From a virus (Duplodnaviria; Caudoviricetes): 64,000 nt of DNA. Shown here piece by piece: positions 58,301 to 64,000 of the stretch. The notes under the pieces were generated by a model. It searched no databases and was not told the origin of the DNA. It saw only the letters and a program-made list of their open reading frames with translations. How positions within the stretch are numbered: the first letter of the stretch is position 1; each line of letters starts with the position of its first letter. A program made the position numbers and the translations under genes. The DNA lies in IMG/VR virus record IMGVR_UViG_3300010429_000387, positions 192,001 through 256,000 of that record. One strand, given 5' to 3'.

Positions 58301-59968
58301 AAGCAGTACATCAACTATGAGCCTGGGGGGAACTTCTCCTTTGCGGTCTTCTCCACAGGAAACCTGTCTCTTCCCTCGATCACAGAAGCCACCTACAACT
58401 CCACCTTCTCGTTTAGCGGGGATACCTACGCTGGAATCAAGTTCTTCGATGACACCCGAGGCTTGGGTCGTCAGGGGCTCCAGCTCCCACCGTTCTACGG
58501 GATTGCTCGTCTTTGGGCAGTCTATGAGGCGGCAGACTTCAAGGCAAATGGCAGTGCTTTCGATTCAGTGACTAGGGAGCCTAAGGGGTCCGGAGCCAAG
58601 AACCTGCTTCGGCAGAACTTCGACGGGCCGGTCTTCTGGATCGAGATCGATGATGACGGAGACAGCGTCTTCATTCTGAATGCAGATGCTTTGGATCTCA
58701 GCAAGTCGCCTACCCCGATCAGCACGTTCCGGTCGAAGCACTATGTCATCACGGCAAGCATCTTCGGGTTCGACCGTGGGTCCTTCGACCTGAACAAGCC
58801 CTTCAAGATGGTTCTGTCCCGAAAGCGGACGGAGGTCATTGCGGCAACCCGAACGGCTAACTTGACCGCACCCCTTCATGCTCCTTGGGCGATTCTCCCT
58901 GGTCCGTTGACCAGCTTCGACTCGGCTCTCATCAACTACAGCCGAACCCCCTACCAGGGTGACCCCTGGGGGTCTCAGTCCACCTACCTGGACTTGGGGT
59001 ACACGCCAGGGCCTCTGACGAGCGCTACAGCGTACCAGCTCAGCTCCTCGTTCCTGGACCTGGCCTCCCTCACTCGGCCCAACCAGAAGGCCCTGGAGGT
59101 GCTGGCATCGACCGGTTTCATCACGACCCTTGGAACGGGTCGCCTCTCAGGGGACTTGGTCCCACCGAACTGGAACGACTTCCGGAACGTTGGCTACGAG
59201 GACCCGACGGCATACCCTCCAACCTCCTCGATTGACAGCCGACCTGGCCTCATGACGGGAGCCCTGAACCCTGGTGGACTTGGGTTCGACCTCGAAGCCA
59301 GCCCTGAGTACCTGGGTTGCACCGAGAGGCTTCCCCTGGGGGCACTCTACCGGGACAAGGACTTCCACGGTGGCCGGTTCTCGAACGTGAACCCCTCTCC
59401 CCTCATCTACCTCGATGACACGGGCCTGGGTTCGGGCACAGGCAGCTTGGCTCGCACCAAGGTGTTCGAGCAGGACGAGATCACCCTCATGCCTGCTTCG
59501 GTCTCCTCGGGTCTTCCGAGCGATGTTCTGATTCATGTGGATGGTGAGCCGGGTCTCTACGAACTCCTGACCAACTTCCGGGTCAACCGGGGTGGGTCGA
59601 TGTTTGTTGGGTCTGGGGACCGTCCTGGTGGAGAGGTCTTTGCCACTTACTCCAACATCCAGGGGACTGGACGTGGAACCAAGGCCCTCGTTGGTCGGGC
59701 TTACCTGGTCCGGAATGCACCAACCAGCGTTGGTGCCAACAAGGCTAGTGCCGGAGACGAGCTGATGATGGCAGTGGTGACTCGTGTGGTCACCCTTGGG
59801 GTGGACGCTGAGGGTGCCACCGTCGTCATCGGGACGAACGGGACAAGCGAAGGGTCAGCAGCGGCAGACCTCTACCGAATCGAAGGGCACCCCCTCGTGT
59901 CGAACCGAACGAAGTACGAGGTGGACCCCAACTCGATTCAGCTCCCGAACAGGACCGAGGGCTACTGA
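55349..59968 (+). CDS. Large tail fibre-base protein (DUF6519-like N-terminus), paralog of 41889..44540
   Basis: VWQQGKPPLDSELNLIQQ, RSDFVFLEVWK, ETSQRTQLQYRIRV and GDPGLWRAGDG...LGTVDGYVYAIPLCVVFRRN all align with the 883-aa protein. Confidence 0.65.
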   Translation: MADNFGIGVSRVLDPKNSAYLEVVWQQGKPPLDSELNLIQQLENDWRQQLVLRGTPSGWLGNDTNPSKDYVTSSSWSNWFQFGRQRSGEKKSIMWAVVNGWLVPVAGTKTGTPPGAPNNTDVWNKITLDPPPSNSGDFRSDFVFLEVWKARVPPGPSSLNKPSSSAVYRYGNVEGGASYLPDDIQDPAIGFETSQRTQLQYRIRVIKGLIGLANYPDGFDATAVKAQGTMATPPSTGGYPFVNMQEELGDPGLWRAGDGTVNDLGTVDGYVYAIPLCVVFRRNGVAWAGDPSQNLNGGLNRNPTAIDRTGAKTFAPLPVLATAITDTASSITVVSAADIPLPANPASSVLIQIGEEILSYNTISGNTIGGVVRAKNGTVAEAHPAGSVVKVLSGRPDGLFSDQVALTDILDLRHVVTPNGVDYRATLQSNLDKLLKGQLRANWKRSGSGTQGTFVLYEDKISATPAGLGITKIDAPDRIRMIYSDASAQQPVEIICTPYTGVVVSGSQPVASNWSLNVISATTTRQALGDNWSADTSEPADNTDPTGRSGDRIRIPVAPFKNTTPGADADQVRLLNEVPLSSSTGVSTVGTSFSDPGIADFIASGVEPGDSLVIYYGAAKGTYEIKAVAAGTITVDRTIPATAGCYYEVRKGRGSVQIRIDGSSVPLPQHRFIVQPYNATSTSDLTLQFVGSGAPFPIAKSENPNIYVTVNVQYGGGRGLSRRPDSIHNLALYNPYAELMIQPSGVPQTNFPLRTAWAMLWSKYRNQPYKNLIPVTAEAYADLGSKTVILTPFQRMGFPATSSPVNGAGENTYGSVFPITGTRTATLSGSTLTDSGATFTGLGLLLESDVIEITSGPAMGIYVIKALGVDDNHQLETYQDFPSVSGTVEYVIRHAQGLMPLKKVDGVTSKWATTDPLGHFSGSTQSEANLKNFCVTLPRHLVPGWGAVYLPILPANGTVFHRGINFMLQSHEGGPTEVTDSDHNKQYINYEPGGNFSFAVFSTGNLSLPSITEATYNSTFSFSGDTYAGIKFFDDTRGLGRQGLQLPPFYGIARLWAVYEAADFKANGSAFDSVTREPKGSGAKNLLRQNFDGPVFWIEIDDDGDSVFILNADALDLSKSPTPISTFRSKHYVITASIFGFDRGSFDLNKPFKMVLSRKRTEVIAATRTANLTAPLHAPWAILPGPLTSFDSALINYSRTPYQGDPWGSQSTYLDLGYTPGPLTSATAYQLSSSFLDLASLTRPNQKALEVLASTGFITTLGTGRLSGDLVPPNWNDFRNVGYEDPTAYPPTSSIDSRPGLMTGALNPGGLGFDLEASPEYLGCTERLPLGALYRDKDFHGGRFSNVNPSPLIYLDDTGLGSGTGSLARTKVFEQDEITLMPASVSSGLPSDVLIHVDGEPGLYELLTNFRVNRGGSMFVGSGDRPGGEVFATYSNIQGTGRGTKALVGRAYLVRNAPTSVGANKASAGDELMMAVVTRVVTLGVDAEGATVVIGTNGTSEGSAAADLYRIEGHPLVSNRTKYEVDPNSIQLPNRTEGY

Positions 59969-59969
59969 G

Positions 59970-60293
59970 ATGGGCATCCGAACCATCACCCTGTACGAAG
60001 TTCCGAAGGAGATTCGGGCTGTTGGGGCTGCTAGTGCAAGGCGGCAGCTCCAACTCCTTTTGAACAACCCACAGCTCACTTCGGAACAGCGGAGAGAGCT
60101 TCAGGACCAGCTCAAGTGGATCTCTCGCTGGGAGAGGCTTGATATCGAGAACGTGGTTCCACGGTTTGCAAAGCCAGTTGAACCCGTTCTAGCAGCCCCT
60201 CCTCCCGCCCCACCAGCTCAGGCCGAGGCACAGCGAGAGCCTCAACATCACACGATAGAAGTCACTGAATCACTCTCTGTGACCGAGCACTGA
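59970..60293 (+). CDS. Small hypothetical protein
   Basis: Start reassigned to ATG 59970, 1 nt after the previous stop (MGIRTITLYEVP...). Confidence 0.55.
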   Translation: MGIRTITLYEVPKEIRAVGAASARRQLQLLLNNPQLTSEQRRELQDQLKWISRWERLDIENVVPRFAKPVEPVLAAPPPAPPAQAEAQREPQHHTIEVTESLSVTEH

Positions 60294-60317
60294 ATCAAGG
60301 TGGCCTTTGTCGGGTGA

Positions 60318-60329
60318 GGTTCATTCTAT
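60318..60329 (+). promoter_or_regulatory. Candidate late promoter GG-N7-TAT (GGTTCATTCTAT)
   Basis: Intergenic, upstream of the holin-like gene. Confidence 0.4.
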
Positions 60330-60353
60330 GAGCCCACTTTGGATGGAGGCACC

Positions 60354-60836
60354 ATGAACCTTGACGCTCTGGCTCAGGCGGTATTCAACCCACAAACCCT
60401 CTTCATCTGCATGGCTGTCTACGTCATCACCTACTTCGGTAGGAAGGTGATTGAGGGCACCTGGAAGATTCTCGTAGCCAACGGGACTTTCAAGCAGACA
60501 GTGACCCTCGACCGGCTCTGGAACGAGGTCTTCCTGCCCGTGTTTCCCGTCCTTGTGGGTGGGCTCATGGGGCTCATGGCGAAGACTTTTATCTGGCCTG
60601 AGATCACGAATGGTACCCGTGGTGGACGCATCCTCTATGGTGCCATTTGCGGTATGTTCTCGTCTTTCGTGTACAATCGTGTCCGGGCCTGGCTCAAGAG
60701 TGCCCCGTCGAAGGGTGCCAATGCGGCTGAGGATGACAAGGCTCTCCCCCCAAGTGCTTCGGAGCCTCCGGCTGCTGATGGGGCCACTACTCCTGTTGTA
60801 GTGACCACCAAGAAGGACGAGACCCCCAAGCCCTGA
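60354..60836 (+). CDS. Holin-like membrane protein
   Basis: ATG 60354 with SD GGAGG. About three hydrophobic segments (TLFICMAVYVITYFG; VFLPVFPVLVGGLMGLMA; ILYGAICGMFSSFVY) and a hydrophilic C-tail; located at the end of the tail module. Confidence 0.5.
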   Translation: MNLDALAQAVFNPQTLFICMAVYVITYFGRKVIEGTWKILVANGTFKQTVTLDRLWNEVFLPVFPVLVGGLMGLMAKTFIWPEITNGTRGGRILYGAICGMFSSFVYNRVRAWLKSAPSKGANAAEDDKALPPSASEPPAADGATTPVVVTTKKDETPKP

Positions 60837-60850
60837 GCGTGAGTTGAGCC

Positions 60851-62149
60851 ATGCACAATGATCTCCCTCTGATTCAGAAGGTCGCCCGTAGTTGGGCAAG
60901 ACTTTCCTTTGAAGACCGGTACGCACGCCTTCTCCTCTCGATGTCCTTGGAGCAGGCCAAGAGCATCCTGGGGTTCCCTCCTGGGTCCAACCCAACTCCA
61001 ACGGAGATCACCAAGGCGTATCGAGCAAAGGCTTTGGAGAACCACCCGGATCGTGGGGGTGACCACACGAAGATGGTGGAGATCAATGTTGCCAAGGACA
61101 TCTTGGAGGGGAAGGGTCGGGCCACCTGGACTCCCGAACCAGCCCCTCGACCCCCTCGTAGGGAGCCTCCGAAGGCACCTGAGCCAGACTTCGTGATGGA
61201 GGGTCAGACCTTCGATCAGGCTTGGTCTGGCAACTCGCCCCCCGCTGGGGTTGAGTGGAAGTTCGTCTCGGTTCCTGAATACTACTGGGAGAAGACCTAC
61301 TACCCAGGGCACCGGATCTGGACCCTCTACGGGCAGACCGACTCCAAGCACATCTTCCTCGCAATCAAGGAGCGTGGGGAGAGCGCTGGAACCATCCCTA
61401 CCGACAAGGGGATGTTCACCAAGATGATGGAGGACTGGCAGGTCTCCTGGGTGGACGTTCCTCTGTCCCAGAACATCTCCAAGATCGCTACGAAGTATCT
61501 CAAGTCGGTGAGTACCGGCTGGGCTGATGGCTCCAAGCCCAAGCCCCCCAAGAAGTTCATCGCTTGGCCTGGTGGACGCCCAACCGATCAGATCATCAAG
61601 AAGCTCCCTCGTTCTGGGGGGGCCGCTCTCAAGGACATCTTGGTTGGAACCGGCCTTCTCAATGACGAGGATCCCTCCATCGCAGGGAGGAAGAGCGTTG
61701 TTGAGATTTACACCAAGTACAGCAAGGAGAAGATCCAGCGTCGGAAGGCGGAGGGGGCCTTCAAGGACGGGGCGGACAGCTACGACTTCTTCGTCCGTGT
61801 CAACGGGAAAGACTGTCAGTTGTCAGATTCCACGGTGGAGAACCTCAAGAAGCGGTTCATCCCGTGGGTTCTCAACTGGGAGATTTCCGAGGGTCGCCCG
61901 AAGAACCTGACCCGGATGCGTGGTGGTGGTCTGAAGTACCCGGCCTCGGAAGCCATCCAAGCCCTGGCCGATGCTCTGACCAATGAGCCTTCCTGGCTTC
62001 ACCTGGCGCTCATCAAGGCGTCGGAGGAGTACGACTCGAACAACAAGTCGGCCTCGTTGGCTGAGATTCGGTGTTCAATGACACTGAAGCAGGCGTCGGT
62101 GATCACTGGGATCCCGATGTACGACCTGTTCATGGTGCTCCATGGTTGA
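60851..62149 (+). CDS. J-domain (DnaJ-like) protein
   Basis: MSLEQAKSILGF...EITKAYRAKALENHPDRGGDHTKMVEINVAKDIL is a canonical J-domain with HPD motif; the C-terminal region is unknown. Confidence 0.85.
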   Translation: MHNDLPLIQKVARSWARLSFEDRYARLLLSMSLEQAKSILGFPPGSNPTPTEITKAYRAKALENHPDRGGDHTKMVEINVAKDILEGKGRATWTPEPAPRPPRREPPKAPEPDFVMEGQTFDQAWSGNSPPAGVEWKFVSVPEYYWEKTYYPGHRIWTLYGQTDSKHIFLAIKERGESAGTIPTDKGMFTKMMEDWQVSWVDVPLSQNISKIATKYLKSVSTGWADGSKPKPPKKFIAWPGGRPTDQIIKKLPRSGGAALKDILVGTGLLNDEDPSIAGRKSVVEIYTKYSKEKIQRRKAEGAFKDGADSYDFFVRVNGKDCQLSDSTVENLKKRFIPWVLNWEISEGRPKNLTRMRGGGLKYPASEAIQALADALTNEPSWLHLALIKASEEYDSNNKSASLAEIRCSMTLKQASVITGIPMYDLFMVLHG

Positions 62150-62717
62150 TCCGACCCCTGCCCCGACCGAGAAGTCCTTCGGAGAACGCACCTGGGAAGC
62201 CTTCAAGGCTACCATGGGCAAGCTCTGGGACTTCATCCGCTGGCTCAGTCCCAAGACCCTTGGGGTGATCCTGGCTGTGGTGGTCGTGGTGGGGGCCATC
62301 CTTCTCATCTCGATGGGCTTCAAGGAGCTTCAGGTTGGTGGGCTCCTTGGTTGGCTCCTGGGCAAGAAGCCCGCTGACGGGTCCAAGACCATTGAGATTG
62401 CCAACACAGTGGACCCCAAGAGGGTGGACAAGGATGGGAATCTCATCCCCATCGGGAAGCCAGACTCGAAGGGTGATACTCAGGCAGTGGTCGTTCCAAT
62501 CCAGGAGCCTGGGTTGTTCTCGGACCCCAAGACGGTGGTCTTCACCCCTCCCGGAGAGACCAAGCCCATCGAGGTGGTTCTCCCAGATGGGGTCACCAAC
62601 AAGGACGTGGACCAGGTCATCGTGGTCACTCCAAGCGTGATTGCGGTTACGGTCAAAGACAACTCTGGTGTACCTGCTCAGAAGGTTGATGATCTTCTGA
62701 AGAAGTATGGTGGATGA
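62142..62717 (+). CDS. Membrane-anchored hypothetical protein
   Basis: Strong TM segment LGVILAVVVVVGAILLISMGF; overlaps the previous gene by 8 nt. Confidence 0.6.
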   Translation: MVDPTPAPTEKSFGERTWEAFKATMGKLWDFIRWLSPKTLGVILAVVVVVGAILLISMGFKELQVGGLLGWLLGKKPADGSKTIEIANTVDPKRVDKDGNLIPIGKPDSKGDTQAVVVPIQEPGLFSDPKTVVFTPPGETKPIEVVLPDGVTNKDVDQVIVVTPSVIAVTVKDNSGVPAQKVDDLLKKYGG

Positions 62718-62992
62718 TGCCCAGCTCCAGCCCCCTCGATCAGTTCATCGCCTCCCGAGTCAAAGCCCGGTTTGCAGCCAAGGATACCGAGGAGAAGGAC
62801 AAGAAGAAGCTCCTGATGGCTATCTACAAGCGGATGCCCATCGGGAACAAGCATCTTCGTGGTGGCAAGCACACCATCATGTTCTCTGGCTCGTCTGCCA
62901 AGGAATACGGGGTAGACAACTACACTAGCGTCGTCCTCGAAGAGCTTTCGATGGAAGAGCTGAAGAAAGCAGCCAAGGCCGTCGGGGCCTGA
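62714..62992 (+). CDS. Small basic hypothetical protein with PLDQFIAxRVKxRFA N-terminal motif
   Basis: ATGA overlap with the previous gene; motif shared with the next gene. Confidence 0.6.
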   Translation: MMPSSSPLDQFIASRVKARFAAKDTEEKDKKKLLMAIYKRMPIGNKHLRGGKHTIMFSGSSAKEYGVDNYTSVVLEELSMEELKKAAKAVGA

Positions 62993-63001
62993 AGGATCGT
63001 C

Positions 63002-63898
63002 ATGAAACCTGAACTCAATCCTCTCGATCAGTTCATTGCCGCCCGAGTCAAGGACAGGTTTGCCTCCTCAACCAAGGTGGCTGATGTCAACGACTACCCG
63101 GCAGCCTACAACGCCACCAAGTCGGCTGATGCTGCTATTGCTGGGCTCATCACCACCTCCAAGCGGTATGAGAGTGCAGCCAAGTCGGCCCTGGCGGACC
63201 TCGCCAAGGCGGTGGACGGCATCCCGGCTGGTCTGGAGAAGCTCGGGGTCAGCCCCAAGGGCCTTCAGAGGTACCAGACCCAGGCAGTGAACTTGATCAA
63301 GGCTGCTCAGAAGGGCCACCCACTACGGGCCTACAGCACCTACAAGAGTGATGCTCCGATCAGCAAGCTCCAGAAGGTCCTGGTCACGCTCGGGAGTGCA
63401 GCCTTGAAGTCTTCGGGGGTTGGGACCAAGATTCTCAAGCCGGTCATGGTCCAGCACCTCTTCAAGACGGACGTGGCTCCGTCTCTTGATGCCCTCAAGA
63501 GTGCCTGTGATGACTGGTACGAGTCGGCAAGCAACGCCTCTCATGAGATCGAGCGATCCATTTCAGCCGGTGGTTGGCTTGCTGCTGAGCCAACCCGTTC
63601 TGGGTTCGGACCAGATCCAGAGTGGGAGAAGTATGCCAAGGCCCAGAGGGAGTTTGCCAAGGAAGCTCACGACCTGGCAGACATCGTCCGCCACAATGCC
63701 ATCGGGCTCCCCCTGGCAGCCTCCTCGTTCGAGGATTGCGTGGATGTGGACGTGTGCCTCAAGACCATGGGCAAGGCTTGTACGGACCTCCTCAAGCTCC
63801 ACGAGAAGTTCGGCAAGGAGTGGGGTGACTTCCGGTCCAAGCTCCAAGACAAGGAGACCACAGGTCAGCGCTCCTTGTTCGCCAGATCGGAGGGGTGA
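63002..63898 (+). CDS. Helical hypothetical protein with PLDQFIAxRVKxRFA N-terminal motif
   Basis: SD AAGGA; Ala/Lys-rich helical sequence. Confidence 0.65.
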   Translation: MKPELNPLDQFIAARVKDRFASSTKVADVNDYPAAYNATKSADAAIAGLITTSKRYESAAKSALADLAKAVDGIPAGLEKLGVSPKGLQRYQTQAVNLIKAAQKGHPLRAYSTYKSDAPISKLQKVLVTLGSAALKSSGVGTKILKPVMVQHLFKTDVAPSLDALKSACDDWYESASNASHEIERSISAGGWLAAEPTRSGFGPDPEWEKYAKAQREFAKEAHDLADIVRHNAIGLPLAASSFEDCVDVDVCLKTMGKACTDLLKLHEKFGKEWGDFRSKLQDKETTGQRSLFARSEG

Positions 63899-64000
63899 TG
63901 GCTCGGATCCTGGCACTCTTGACGGTCCTTGGGTTCTTGCTCGGGGCTTCCCCGGTCATGGCCCAGGGGACCTGTGATGCAGGGTCAACCTGTGTCCCTC
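63898..64000 (+). CDS. Secreted/periplasmic protein, N-terminal fragment (3' truncated)
   Basis: TGATG overlap, SD GGAGG. MARILALLTVLGFLLGASPVMA-QGTCDAGSTCVP looks like a Sec signal peptide. Confidence 0.55.
   Translation, partial: MARILALLTVLGFLLGASPVMAQGTCDAGSTCVP

Noticed and set aside
25001-60353. Longer ORF starts at 25001, 29279, 59784 and 60339
   Set aside because: They overlap upstream genes or lack an SD. Downstream ATGs (25172, 29345, 59970, 60354) fit SD position, coupling or paralog alignment better.
1-64000. Stop-codon reassignment as in some jumbo phages
   Set aside because: Code 11 gives very long ORFs and near-complete coding density. TAG, TGA and TAA all end genes that are immediately followed by new starts.
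1-64000. Minus-strand and alternate-frame ORFs in the track
   Set aside because: They are shadows fully overlapping the long + strand genes, as expected at this GC content, and show no recognisable motifs.
1-64000. tRNA, rRNA, CRISPR, intron or intein
   Set aside because: Intergenic gaps are under 90 bp with no cloverleaf or repeat-spacer pattern. No intein splice or homing-endonuclease motifs were recognised in the large ORFs.

Overview
The window is one continuous, + strand, tightly packed virion-morphogenesis region (GC roughly 55-60% by eye, standard genetic code). It most likely comes from a large or jumbo contractile-tailed phage (myovirus). The gene order is: 3' end of a tape-measure-like gene, two tube-initiator-like paralogs (one carrying a GH73/FlgJ-like muramidase domain), baseplate hub, VgrG/gp5-like spike, several large unknown baseplate proteins, then gp25-, J(gp6)- and I(gp7)-like wedge genes. 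About 35 kb of fibre/receptor-binding genes follow, including a tandem array of five ~400-aa paralogs and giant 1900-, 2623- and 1539-aa modular proteins. The window ends with a holin-like gene, a J-domain protein and small proteins sharing an N-terminal motif. No capsid, sheath, terminase, RNA genes, CRISPR or mobile elements are visible. The most notable signals are: (i) the five-gene paralog array, with blocks of exact DNA identity alternating with hypervariable segments and a 16-bp duplication scar; (ii) a conserved GG-N7-TAT motif in four of the five largest intergenic gaps (candidate late promoter); (iii) apparent avoidance of CGCG and several 6-bp palindromes; (iv) small domains reused across the giant fibre proteins, some nested inside others; (v) a shared N-terminal 'PLDQFIAxRVKxRFA' tag on otherwise unrelated proteins. 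All product calls rest on motif recognition and synteny only; no database search was run.
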